33,806 bases of DNA, taken from Holosporales bacterium. GTDB lineage: Bacteria; Pseudomonadota; Alphaproteobacteria; Paracaedibacterales; UBA11393. The notes below the pieces were generated by a model, which saw only the letters and a list, made by a program, of their open reading frames with translations, was not told where the DNA came from and did no database searches. A program made the position numbers and the translations under genes. How positions within the stretch are numbered: the stretch's first letter is position 1; the number at the start of each line of letters is the position of its first letter. Positions 17,744 to 27,029 of the stretch are shown one piece after another. The stretch lies in the NCBI GenBank assembly GCA_003542655.1, contig DPKF01000031.1:1-33806 (forward strand), in the 5' to 3' direction.

Positions 17744-20260
17744 ATGGCATATAACTTTAGGCTTATTGAAAGCAAATGGCAAGAATTTTGGCATAAAAAT
17801 AACACCTTTAAAGTTAGCGATCCAAAGCCTGGAGAACAGTCGTCTTACATTCTTGAAATGCTGCCCTACCCCTCTGGTAATTTGCACATGGGGCACGTTA
17901 GGAACTATGCAATTGGGGATGCTATTGCGCGCTTTCAAGCAGCAAACGGTTTTAAAGTTTTGCACCCTATGGGCTGGGATGCCTTTGGTTTGCCAGCAGA
18001 AAATGCAGCACTAGAACGCGGTGCTCATCCTGAAAAATGGACACTAGAAAATATTAAAACCATGAAAAAGCAACTGCAGGGTCTTGGTTTATCTTATGAT
18101 TGGGACCGAGAGATCACGTCCTGCATGCCAGATTATTATGGATTAGAACAAAAAATCTTTATTGATTTTTATAAAAAGGGACTGGCATTTAAAAAAGAAT
18201 CTTGGGTCAACTGGGACCCTGTAGAAAATACGGTTCTTGCTAATGAACAAGTGGTTGATGGTAAAGGCTGGCGCTCTGGCGCTGCCGTTGAACGTAAAAA
18301 ATTAAATCAGTGGTCGTTAAAAATTACAGATTATGCCGATGAACTTTTAACATCTTTAGACACGTTAAAGGGGTGGCCAGAAAAAGTGCTCAAAATGCAA
18401 GAAAACTGGATTGGTAAATCTGAAGGCGCCCTTGTGCATTTTGATGTTGAAAATATGCCCAATCAAAAAATAAGCATTTTCACAACACGCCATGATACGT
18501 TATTTGGGGCATCCTTCATTGCTGTTTCTGCACACCATCCATTTGTATCGCATATCAAGCATACTAAAGCTTTAGATCTGTTTATTGCGCAATGTAATAC
18601 ATCTGGTACGACTGAAGAAGAACTATCAACCATGGAAAAAATTGGCTTTGACACTGGTTTTAAGGCGCTTCATCCCTTAGATAGCAGCATCACCATTCCT
18701 ATTTATGCTGCAAATTTTGTGCTTGCAGATTATGGTACAGGCGCTGTGTTTGGTTGCCCCGCACACGACGAACGGGATTTTGATTTTGCAACAAAGTATA
18801 ACTTACCCATTCTACCGGTTATTGAAACAACAGAACCCCTACCTTACACAGGGGCTGGCTTCATTATAAATTCTGATTTTTTAAACGGAAAAACAATTGA
18901 TGCAGCAAAAACTGAAGTATTAAATCGTTTAATAGCATTAAAAAAAGGTGAGCGTCAGGTAACCTTCCGTTTACGGGACTGGCTTATTTCCCGTCAACGT
19001 TATTGGGGATGCCCCATTCCATTTATTAAATGTAACGATTGCGGGGTTGTACCGGTTCCCGAATCAGATTTACCTGTCACTCTTCCAACGGATGTCACAT
19101 TTGATAAACCTGGCAATCCATTAGATCGCCATCCAACGTGGAAACATACGACCTGTCCAAAATGTCAAAACAAGGCAGAACGTGAAACAGATACTTTTGA
19201 CACCTTTTTTGAATCGTCTTGGTATTTCTTACGCTACTGCTCACCCCATGCCCAAAATCCTTTTGATAAAGAAATTGTAAACAGTTGGGCACCTGTTGAC
19301 TGGTATATAGGCGGCATTGAACATGCGGTCTTACATCTTTTATATGCACGATTTTTTGTAAAAGCTTTACGCGATTTAGGATACCTTGATTTTAGTGAGC
19401 CCTTCACGAATCTTTTAACACAAGGCATGGTATGTCATGAAACATACAAATCACAAGATAATAAATGGCTTTACCCAAACGAAATTGAAAAAGATCGTGG
19501 CAGAGCTTTTGAAGTTGCATCCAGAAATCCGGTCACCATTGGCCCATCCATTAAAATGAGTAAATCAAAGCGTAATACTGTTGATCCTCTAGAAATTTTA
19601 GATACATATGGCGCGGATGTGGCGCGTTTATTTGTTTTATCTGATACGCCACCAGATAAAGATTTTGACTGGAATGTTGAAGGTTTAGATGGCTGTTGGC
19701 GCTATGCCAACCGTTTATGGCGTCTTGTTGAAAATTATCAAGATGGGTCCATGATATTTGCACCTTCTGCTGCATCAAAAGAGAGTGATTTGAAACTGCG
19801 AAAAGAAACACATAAAACATTAAAGCAAATCCATGATGCCTTCAAAACTAATGGGTTCAACAAAGTAATTGCCTTGCACCGCCAATTGGAAAGAACAATT
19901 GAAGAAGCTGCTTCAACTGTCTCTAAAGATGCAATGGATGAAGCCTTGCATGTTTTATTTAAAACAATAGAAACGGTCATGCCGCATTTAGCAGCAGAAG
20001 CATTTACCGTTTTATTTAAAAAAGAAATTCAGACAATAAGTTGGCCAGAATGTGATCCCAAACTGATCATAGATGATACAATCACAATTGCTGTGCAGGT
20101 TATGGGGAAATTGCGTGGAACTTTTGAGGCCCCATTAGATGCAACAAAAGAAGAATTATTAGAACTTGCACGAACGACAGTATGTAAATATCTAAATGGG
20201 AAGACAATTAAGAAGGAAATCGTTGTACCAAAAAGGCTAGTCAGTTTTGTAACCGACTAG
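17744..20260 (+). CDS. leuS: Leucine--tRNA ligase
   Basis: PYPSGNLHMGHVRNY (HIGH region), KMSKSKRN (KMSKS). 838 aa with the LeuS-typical N-terminus IESKWQEFW. Confidence 0.97.
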   Translation: MAYNFRLIESKWQEFWHKNNTFKVSDPKPGEQSSYILEMLPYPSGNLHMGHVRNYAIGDAIARFQAANGFKVLHPMGWDAFGLPAENAALERGAHPEKWTLENIKTMKKQLQGLGLSYDWDREITSCMPDYYGLEQKIFIDFYKKGLAFKKESWVNWDPVENTVLANEQVVDGKGWRSGAAVERKKLNQWSLKITDYADELLTSLDTLKGWPEKVLKMQENWIGKSEGALVHFDVENMPNQKISIFTTRHDTLFGASFIAVSAHHPFVSHIKHTKALDLFIAQCNTSGTTEEELSTMEKIGFDTGFKALHPLDSSITIPIYAANFVLADYGTGAVFGCPAHDERDFDFATKYNLPILPVIETTEPLPYTGAGFIINSDFLNGKTIDAAKTEVLNRLIALKKGERQVTFRLRDWLISRQRYWGCPIPFIKCNDCGVVPVPESDLPVTLPTDVTFDKPGNPLDRHPTWKHTTCPKCQNKAERETDTFDTFFESSWYFLRYCSPHAQNPFDKEIVNSWAPVDWYIGGIEHAVLHLLYARFFVKALRDLGYLDFSEPFTNLLTQGMVCHETYKSQDNKWLYPNEIEKDRGRAFEVASRNPVTIGPSIKMSKSKRNTVDPLEILDTYGADVARLFVLSDTPPDKDFDWNVEGLDGCWRYANRLWRLVENYQDGSMIFAPSAASKESDLKLRKETHKTLKQIHDAFKTNGFNKVIALHRQLERTIEEAASTVSKDAMDEALHVLFKTIETVMPHLAAEAFTVLFKKEIQTISWPECDPKLIIDDTITIAVQVMGKLRGTFEAPLDATKEELLELARTTVCKYLNGKTIKKEIVVPKRLVSFVTD

Positions 20261-20289
20261 CCCCTGATTAGCGTTTTGTAAAAGCTTGC

Positions 20290-21495
20290 TTATGGCAGTG
20301 CACAAACTGCAGGACAGCTGTTACCAATACTTGAGTATAGACTTTCAATCACAACGAAAGCCACCACAGCAGAAAAACTGATAATAAAGGTTGGATAATC
20401 ACAATTTCTTTTAACGATGGCAAATTCAATACGCAAAGCGCTCATAATGAAATACCCCATAATAAAGCTATAAGTTAAGATGCCCATCAAAGGTGTAAAA
20501 TCAAAGAATGGTAGTTTTCTAATAGCAAGACCGCCAACAATCATTGATGATAAAAATATTTGGCGTACTAAGCTAGAACGGCCAGAAAATGTATTTGCAA
20601 GCGTAATGGATTCACAAAATACCAAAGCACCAATCACAACTGTTATCATGATCAATTCAAAAGATCCACCTGATTTAAATAAAGTCTCTAAATGCAAGCC
20701 AAAGAAAAAATGCACAATACCTAAAATTGCTAGATTAGAACCATATAATAGGGGACCATGTGGCATTTCTTCAATCATATTGCGTGCTGCACGCTTTTCA
20801 AAAATATAGTTAAATACAAAGCCAAGGCTTAGTACACCAAAAACGACAAGCAATAAATGCTCTAAGTTTCCAAGATATAAATTTTTTATTTTTTTAGATG
20901 CAAACGGTAAATACTCTAAAACAAACGGAACGCCTTTAATTAACAAATATCCAAAAGAAGCGCCACTGATTATGGAATATCGCTTCCGTGAATCTGTAGA
21001 GAAAAATCCTTTTGCAAGTGCCGCAATCCATTGCATGGCAACAATCAACAATGCACAGGAAGCAACAAGTATAACACCATACGCATCTGCTGCTGCAGCT
21101 TCTTTTTTTGCAACCGAACGTTGTATTGGTTGTAATATTTCTGTTTTCAAGTCTTCATTTGTCAAAACTTCCACCTTGTTTGCGTTTACCGCTTCACCAG
21201 AATTGTCTGATTGTTGCGTTTCACTGTCAGGTAGGGCAGAAACGTCACCAGATGGCATATTTTGCTCACCATTCCCAGATGACGATGCATCGTATGGATT
21301 ATTAGGTGGCACGTCTCCATCCCCAGATGAAGGTTCTGATGAACCATAAGGATTACTAGAGGCTGCCTCACCATCTGCAGATGCTGATGTTCCATAAGGA
21401 TTATCTGCACTTGAATTCATCTGCCCCCCCTCATTCGCATCCGGAGCACTTGATTCAGCACTATTTCCATACATTCCATTTTCAGTTGTAGACAT
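20290..21495 (-). CDS. Polytopic membrane protein with a disordered N-terminal tail carrying NPY(G/D) repeats
   Basis: 401-aa ORF. The first roughly 140 aa are S/N/G/P/D-rich with NPYGTSAS, NPYGSSEPS and NNPYDASSS. The rest is about 7-8 hydrophobic helices. No family recognised. Confidence 0.6.
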   Translation of the reverse strand: MSTTENGMYGNSAESSAPDANEGGQMNSSADNPYGTSASADGEAASSNPYGSSEPSSGDGDVPPNNPYDASSSGNGEQNMPSGDVSALPDSETQQSDNSGEAVNANKVEVLTNEDLKTEILQPIQRSVAKKEAAAADAYGVILVASCALLIVAMQWIAALAKGFFSTDSRKRYSIISGASFGYLLIKGVPFVLEYLPFASKKIKNLYLGNLEHLLLVVFGVLSLGFVFNYIFEKRAARNMIEEMPHGPLLYGSNLAILGIVHFFFGLHLETLFKSGGSFELIMITVVIGALVFCESITLANTFSGRSSLVRQIFLSSMIVGGLAIRKLPFFDFTPLMGILTYSFIMGYFIMSALRIEFAIVKRNCDYPTFIISFSAVVAFVVIESLYSSIGNSCPAVCALP

Positions 21496-21598
21496 AACTT
21501 TATTGCCTTTAAATAGGTCTTCTTAACTCTACCCTACCCAAATATTCTTAAAAAATCGTTAACATTTTAATGATCTTGTAAATATTTTCATCATATTT

Positions 21599-23737
21599 TT
21601 AGCGTCTTTCAACATTTAAAACAACTTTTAAAGCTCTAAGTGCCGCCATAATATGATTAAAATGCATTGTATCTTTGACTTCAATATCAATTAGTAGTTC
21701 CCAAAAGTCATTATTACGATGATTGACTTTAAGATTAATAATATTTGCCGATTCTTGACTAAGTACAGAAGTTACCTTTGAAAGAGCCCCCTCTATATTA
21801 GCTATCATGATTTTTATGCGTACTGTATATCGATCTAAAATATCTAATTGTTTTTCCCACATTAAATCAATAATACGATCCTGATCAATTTTATAAACGC
21901 CAGACTCACAATCTTTTGTGTGAACAGTAATCCCTCTACCTGTCGTAATCACCCCTATTATTTTATCACCTGGAATAGGGTGGCAACATGCAGCAAAATT
22001 CAGTGCCATGCCTGGTATCATTCCCTTAATAGACATAGAATGCTTTGTAGGATGACGTTTTTTGATATGGTCTATCTCTTCTTCAACATCTTTTTTTTGA
22101 TATTCTGACGGATATGCAATGTTTTGAATGCTCCGGGTACTGATTTTGCCTTCGCCTACAGAAACAAATAAATCTTCAACAGAATCAACTTTTAATACGC
22201 CACACACATGCTTTAATACTTTTTCACAAAATAATTGCCCCTCCTTATTAAATGCTTTTTGAATAAGCGCCTGTCCAAGGTCTAAAAATTCTTGACGGTG
22301 TGTTGAACGTACATAGCGACGAATGGCCGCACGCGCTTTTCCTGTAATGACAAATCGTTCCCATGTGGGTGAAGGCTGATGATTTTTATCTGTTAATATT
22401 TCAACTTGATCGCCATTATGCAGAACCGTTCGCAAAGGAACAGACATACCATTAACACGAGAACCAATCGTTTTATTACCAAGATCAGAGTGTATAGCAT
22501 AAGCAAAATCAACAGTTGTTGCACCATGCGGTAACGCAACTAATTTTCCTTTTGGCGTAAAGCAAAAAACTTGATCTTTAAACATTTCAAGTTTTGTGTT
22601 TTCTAAAAATTCCTCAGGTTCATCAGTGGTTTCCAATATATCCAGCAATGAACGCACCCAAGCATATTGACGACCATCATGTTGAATTTTATTTTCTTCA
22701 CTACATTCTTTATAATGCCAATGTGCTGCCACGCCAAATTCTGCAAATTCTTGCATTTTTTTTGTGCGCAATTGAATTTCAATACATTGATTAAGCGGGC
22801 CTAAAACAACTGTATGGAGTGATTGATATCCGTTTGGTTTTGGGGTACTAATATAGTCTTTAAATCTGCCGGGAATAACAGGAAATTCTTGATGAATCAC
22901 ACCAAGTGCTTGATAACAATCAGATACAGATTCAACAGTAATACGAAAAGCCATAACATCAGCCAATTGTTCAAACTTAACATTTTTTCGCTGCATTTTA
23001 TTCCAAATAGAATAAGGCGATTTTTCACGACCCGATATTTCGGTATACAGATTATGAGAACGCATTTTTTCATGCAACTGACAAATAACACTTTCAACCA
23101 AATTATTTGATTGGCTTTTAAGATAGGTTAACCGATGTGAAATAGATTCATAAACATATGAATGAAGTTCTTTAAAAGCAATATCTTCTATTTCTTCCTT
23201 CATTTTATGCAGGCCTATACGCTCTGCCAATGAACAATAAATTTCTAAGGATTCACGGGCAATACGGGCACGCTTCTCTGGATTTTGAATGCAATGTAGG
23301 GTACGCATATTATGCAAGCGATCAGCTAGCTTCACAAGCAATACACGTATGTCTGTTGAAAGCGCTAAGAGTAATTTTTTAAAATTTTCTGCTTGCTGCG
23401 TATTTTCTGATTGTTCCTCAATACGCGTTAATTTTGTAACACCTTTTACAAGCTGAAAAATTTCAGGCCCAAAGGTTTCTTGAATATCACTTTCTGTAAC
23501 ATCTGTATCTTCGACAGTATCATGCAACAATCCCGTCACGACCGAATGTGGGTCAAATTTTAAATCCGCTAAAATATGTGCAACGGCTAAAGGGTGCAAA
23601 AAATAGGGCTCGCCTGAGGCACGTTTTTGCGCTATATGGGCCTTTTCAGAAAAGTCATACGCACGCTGAATCAAATCGAACGTAACAGATGGGTAGTGTT
23701 TTTTAACTTTATTAAAAAGTTCTTCTGCGGGCGACAT
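21599..23737 (-). CDS. spoT: Bifunctional (p)ppGpp synthetase/hydrolase (RelA/SpoT homologue)
   Basis: HD hydrolase motifs HPLAVAHILADL and LHDTVEDT. RelA/SpoT synthetase region (YQSLHTVV). TGS and ACT-like C-terminal regions. 712 aa. Confidence 0.95.
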   Translation of the reverse strand: MSPAEELFNKVKKHYPSVTFDLIQRAYDFSEKAHIAQKRASGEPYFLHPLAVAHILADLKFDPHSVVTGLLHDTVEDTDVTESDIQETFGPEIFQLVKGVTKLTRIEEQSENTQQAENFKKLLLALSTDIRVLLVKLADRLHNMRTLHCIQNPEKRARIARESLEIYCSLAERIGLHKMKEEIEDIAFKELHSYVYESISHRLTYLKSQSNNLVESVICQLHEKMRSHNLYTEISGREKSPYSIWNKMQRKNVKFEQLADVMAFRITVESVSDCYQALGVIHQEFPVIPGRFKDYISTPKPNGYQSLHTVVLGPLNQCIEIQLRTKKMQEFAEFGVAAHWHYKECSEENKIQHDGRQYAWVRSLLDILETTDEPEEFLENTKLEMFKDQVFCFTPKGKLVALPHGATTVDFAYAIHSDLGNKTIGSRVNGMSVPLRTVLHNGDQVEILTDKNHQPSPTWERFVITGKARAAIRRYVRSTHRQEFLDLGQALIQKAFNKEGQLFCEKVLKHVCGVLKVDSVEDLFVSVGEGKISTRSIQNIAYPSEYQKKDVEEEIDHIKKRHPTKHSMSIKGMIPGMALNFAACCHPIPGDKIIGVITTGRGITVHTKDCESGVYKIDQDRIIDLMWEKQLDILDRYTVRIKIMIANIEGALSKVTSVLSQESANIINLKVNHRNNDFWELLIDIEVKDTMHFNHIMAALRALKVVLNVERR

Positions 23738-23755
23738 GTAAAGTAATTTAAAGAG

Positions 23756-24130
23756 TTACTCTTCTAGTATAGGCGCTTCATCTTCTAGAGATCCAGCATC
23801 AAGTTCCATACCTGAAAGATCTTCATGGGCATCCCACTCTTCTTGCTCTTCCAACATAAGTTCTTGTGTATCATTATCAATGTCTTCTTCTGCTGTTTGA
23901 GAAAACAAATTATATTGCAGCGATTTAATAAGGCTGGCTTTTAAAGCTTCATAATTAATTGTTTCTGACGCTATCTCACGCAAGGCAACAACTGGATTTT
24001 TATCATGATCACGTGGCACTGTCAAAGCAGAACCAGCTGCAATTTCGCGCGCCCTTTTTGTTGCAAGCAACACAAGCTCAAAACGTGAAGGGACAAGTTT
24101 AATACAATCTTCAACCGTAACGCGAGCCAT
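23756..24130 (-). CDS. rpoZ: DNA-directed RNA polymerase subunit omega
   Basis: [30 protein letters not shown] is the canonical RpoZ N-terminus. It lies directly upstream of spoT, a conserved pairing. Confidence 0.93.
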   Translation of the reverse strand: MARVTVEDCIKLVPSRFELVLLATKRAREIAAGSALTVPRDHDKNPVVALREIASETINYEALKASLIKSLQYNLFSQTAEEDIDNDTQELMLEEQEEWDAHEDLSGMELDAGSLEDEAPILEE

Positions 24131-24424
24131 AATAATACCTTGAATAAAATTTTAGAATATAGATCAAGATACCATAAATTTTTAGGCAATTCAAGCAATT
24201 TCAACAAACCGTGCATTGCAAAAATGCCTTAAAAAACCCCGTTTCGGGATTAACTGTAAAGTTCTAGATAGTAGCGGTTTAAAAGTAGGTACTTTGTAAG
24301 CGTTTAACTGTTTTGGTCAATAATGTTTAAAAGTGGTGTCATTAAAAATGTAGAATTTATAGACTAGGCAACCAAATGGCCGAAAAAGTAGGCTTTCTTA
24401 CCAGGGGGACTAAAAGTATGCGGT

Positions 24425-24931
24425 TCACAAATAGTCTTTTGCCCAATTTTCACTATAATATGCAGGGTCTTCGTGATAAAGCCGCCAAATAAATTGCTCA
24501 AAAGAATCTTCTATTTTAATGTTTGTATACACTGTATAAACAGCATTGGGATGAAGGCTCTCTGGTTTCATAATCAAAAAATTAGAGCTGTCATGAATTT
24601 CAAAAAAGGGAAGATCTCCGGGTTGTAACATTTCGTAGGTGTCTTGAGAAATTAATCCAGAATCATGACCATTTTTTACCATGTCTACAATCATGCTAGG
24701 AGGATTTATACGATTAACACTATAAAAGATGTAATCTTTGTCAAATTTTATAGGATGAGTTAAAAAACCATAACCAATTTCTCTATAAAATTGTCTTAAT
24801 TCACTTGGGAAAGTAATCCCTAATTCTTTTTCTGCTTTTTTAATTTCTATATCATCTATTCGATAAAAAGAATTACTGGGTTTGGTTAAATTTCTAGGCG
24901 AGTCCATAAACTGATTTAAATATTTATACAT
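24425..24931 (-). CDS. SMI1/KNR4 (SUKH-1) family immunity protein
   Basis: IDDIEIKKAEKELGITFPSELRQFYREIGYGFL is the SUKH/SMI1-KNR4 signature. I start it at ATG 24931 (MYKYLNQ), which has AAGGAG 7 nt upstream. The track start at 25039 would overlap the toxin gene by 97 nt. Confidence 0.8.
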   Translation of the reverse strand: MYKYLNQFMDSPRNLTKPSNSFYRIDDIEIKKAEKELGITFPSELRQFYREIGYGFLTHPIKFDKDYIFYSVNRINPPSMIVDMVKNGHDSGLISQDTYEMLQPGDLPFFEIHDSSNFLIMKPESLHPNAVYTVYTNIKIEDSFEQFIWRLYHEDPAYYSENWAKDYL

Positions 24932-24942
24932 TGCATAGCTCC

Positions 24943-25758
24943 TTATGATAAAGTTCTTAGAATTTCCATAAGCCGTGACGCTGATCCGTGCAAGATTTCT
25001 TGGTGCATTGGTGTGGCTGCTGGATGCATGTTCCACCATTCGTGAGGCCCTTTTACTTGTTGGGGAATTATGTGATGGGCTTGAAATTGTGTATCACTCT
25101 TAGCAATCAACTTTCCATCTTTACCAAGAACATCTTTTGTATACTTAGGCCAGTCTCGTACCTTGGTTGTGCCGCCCATATGTTCCCAATCTTTTATTAA
25201 TTTCTGCCTTGTAGCGGGAGTGAAATTATTTGAATGTGACGCTTTCTCGCCTACAGACAGTTTCTCAAATTGTTTGTTCTTTAAGCAATAGTCTATCAGC
25301 TGTTTTTTTTGCTCTATCGTAATTTTTCTACCTGTAGTTATTTCAACTTCTCTCAATGCTGTACGTAACTCTGTACCGGGAACTTCTCGTGCATTTCCAT
25401 TGGCTGCCGTTTGTTTAGCATTTTTTATGACCGCGTTTGCTTCTTTTTTTTGCATAATATGTTTTGCAAATACTTGTCCGGCCTTAAGGGCTGATTCAGC
25501 AGCAACCTGTACAGTGCTCTGCGGTGCCGCCGAAGACTTGACAGCAGCAGGTGCAGCTCCGTTATGTCCAGCAGCACCGCCTCTGCTTACTATACCACCT
25601 GTACCCTGTGCTTTCATAGAGCTTTGTGTTGGGATAGTATGGCCCATTGTCCTTGCGATGTCTGCCCTAACTGTGGTGGCACCTATGCTAACCAAAAGAC
25701 CTAAAAGGAGTCTGAAAAATAGATTGTAACGAAAACCTATCTTGTTTTGAAACGTCAT
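24943..25758 (-). CDS. Secreted HNH (beta-beta-alpha-Me) nuclease toxin, colicin-DNase/AHH-like
   Basis: Signal peptide (LFFRLLLGLLVSIGATTVRA). Ala/Gly-rich linker. The C-terminal FQAHHIIPQQVKGPHEWWNMHPAATPMHQEILH aligns by eye with the colicin E9 H-N-H motif [33 protein letters not shown] (recalled). A SUKH immunity gene follows. Confidence 0.75.
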   Translation of the reverse strand: MTFQNKIGFRYNLFFRLLLGLLVSIGATTVRADIARTMGHTIPTQSSMKAQGTGGIVSRGGAAGHNGAAPAAVKSSAAPQSTVQVAAESALKAGQVFAKHIMQKKEANAVIKNAKQTAANGNAREVPGTELRTALREVEITTGRKITIEQKKQLIDYCLKNKQFEKLSVGEKASHSNNFTPATRQKLIKDWEHMGGTTKVRDWPKYTKDVLGKDGKLIAKSDTQFQAHHIIPQQVKGPHEWWNMHPAATPMHQEILHGSASRLMEILRTLS

Positions 25759-25847
25759 AATGAGGTTTTTAGTCCTTTGTCGTGCTGGCCTCTAGTGCCG
25801 CGATTTCTTCCTCAGATTTAAGCAATTTTTTTAAATTGTTTATCCTA

Positions 25848-26594
25848 TCAATCATACAACCCACCAAGTTGTTTTGTAATAAGCTCTTTAGGCACAAGGG
25901 GATAGTCTACCATCACATCTAAGCCCTTAAAGCGTGCAAGATTCACAACAGCAAGTGGCCAAAAGGCGATCACCTCATCAACAGTGCCACCAAAAATGCC
26001 TTGGGGGGTGCTTAACCGTTTGTGACCCTTGATCATGGTAGCGAATCCAGAAAGGAACTTTTCCTTATCGTGATCGTAAATTGCTTGAAAGCAAAGCGCA
26101 TACCCAACATAGGATTTTAATCTTTTAGCAAATATTATTTCCATATCATTTAAATCTGCACGTGTACCATCTTGGCCCAGAATAAAAAGGCGAAAAGCTT
26201 TATGGCAGTGTTTTGCAAGTGGTCCAGTTTTTTTTAAGTTAATATTTAAAAACCTTTTCACTATATTTTTGATCAAATCTAAATCTTGGGTGCATAACGT
26301 TTCAAAGATTTTGTCAAAAGCTGGAGCGCTTACAAATTCATAATCTTCTGGATATTCACCTGCATCACGTTTATCAAGCATTTTGTTTTGATAATGCACA
26401 ACCTGTTTCATATGATCAATGAAACCCTGAACATCGTGATCCAGAACATAGGAACATACGGCGAAAAAACGGTGATCATCCATATACCAATACCATGTAC
26501 GTGGATCGTCTTCTCCTTTTTCTTCTTTTCTCTTGTTATGTTGCTCTAAATATTCAATCTTTAAATCGGATAATCTTTCTTGCAAATCTCCCAT
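25848..26594 (-). CDS. Putative immunity protein (family unassigned) paired with the truncated toxin domain upstream
   Basis: 248-aa cytoplasmic-looking, probably helical protein. Its ATG is 1 nt after the toxin stop, and an AGGAGA Shine-Dalgarno sits inside the toxin's last codons (CAATTAGGAGAATAATATG). The assignment rests on position only. Confidence 0.5.
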   Translation of the reverse strand: MGDLQERLSDLKIEYLEQHNKRKEEKGEDDPRTWYWYMDDHRFFAVCSYVLDHDVQGFIDHMKQVVHYQNKMLDKRDAGEYPEDYEFVSAPAFDKIFETLCTQDLDLIKNIVKRFLNINLKKTGPLAKHCHKAFRLFILGQDGTRADLNDMEIIFAKRLKSYVGYALCFQAIYDHDKEKFLSGFATMIKGHKRLSTPQGIFGGTVDEVIAFWPLAVVNLARFKGLDVMVDYPLVPKELITKQLGGLYD

Positions 26595-26595
26595 A

Positions 26596-27027
26596 TTATT
26601 CTCCTAATTGTGGGGCATGGGGCAAATCAACTTTCGTCCAAGAATTATGGCCACTTGCATCTGTGACATTCACACGACGACGGATTAAGCCTAGGTTATT
26701 TTCTAAAATTTTTGCTGTTGATTTTAATGTTGGATCTTCTATTTTTTTCATATCCCTGATCTTTGCTAAAACCCAAGGTTCACTCATTTGTGTAACCTCG
26801 TTAACATTTTTAGCCATGCTTGCATTTCCTGATGTTGCATATTTTGATTCTACAATAATAATGTCAGCGGGTACACCCGGTTTTTCCCATTTTACAAATA
26901 CACCATCAAACCCCTTATTACCTGGTAGTTTAGATTCAAGTTTTACATAACCGGCACGAAGCATCGTTGCTTCACCGGCTGCCTCTCCAATTGCCCCTTT
27001 AACTTGGGCAACACGGGCGTTTAACAT
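26596..27027 (-). CDS. 5'-truncated (orphan) toxin C-terminal domain with a PD-(D/E)xK restriction-endonuclease-like motif
   Basis: GAIGEAAGEATMLRAGY...GFDGVFVKW...ADIIIVESKY gives a D...ExK arrangement. The frame stays open upstream of the first Met into antisense IS630 sequence, with no SD. So the delivery part of the gene is missing. Confidence 0.55.
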   Translation of the reverse strand: MLNARVAQVKGAIGEAAGEATMLRAGYVKLESKLPGNKGFDGVFVKWEKPGVPADIIIVESKYATSGNASMAKNVNEVTQMSEPWVLAKIRDMKKIEDPTLKSTAKILENNLGLIRRRVNVTDASGHNSWTKVDLPHAPQLGE

Positions 27028-27029
27028 AG

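Noticed and set aside
20290-21080. Possible CPBP/Abi intramembrane protease motifs in the 401-aa membrane protein (IEEMPHG, FFGLH)
   Set aside because: The EE-to-G spacing differs from EExxFRG and the Arg is absent. The two motifs are only about 20 aa apart, and the third HxxxN/D motif is missing. This is not enough to call the family.
20480-21349. Plus-strand ORFs 20480-20809, 20972-21349 and 21108-21305
   Set aside because: All are antisense to or overlapping the 401-aa membrane protein gene. That gene has a coherent TM-helix pattern and a plausible start, and these ORFs have neither.
24230-24249. Hairpin CCCG-TTT-CGGG followed by a T-run on the minus strand, a possible terminator for the SUKH gene
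   Set aside because: The stem is only 4 bp, and it lies about 175 nt downstream of the stop. That is too weak to report as a feature.
24932-25039. Longer N-terminal extension of the SUKH gene (track start at 25039)
   Set aside because: The extension would overlap the toxin gene by 97 nt. It has no SD and adds non-homologous sequence (MVEHASSSHTNAP...). The internal ATG at 24931 has a perfect AAGGAG at the right distance.
25400-25729. 109-aa plus-strand Ala/Cys-rich ORF
   Set aside because: It is antisense to the GC-rich Ala/Gly linker of the HNH toxin gene. The open frame is a compositional artefact.
26495-26950. 151-aa plus-strand ORF across the toxin/immunity junction
   Set aside because: It is antisense to two minus-strand genes that show translational coupling and recognisable motifs. 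It has no SD or family resemblance.
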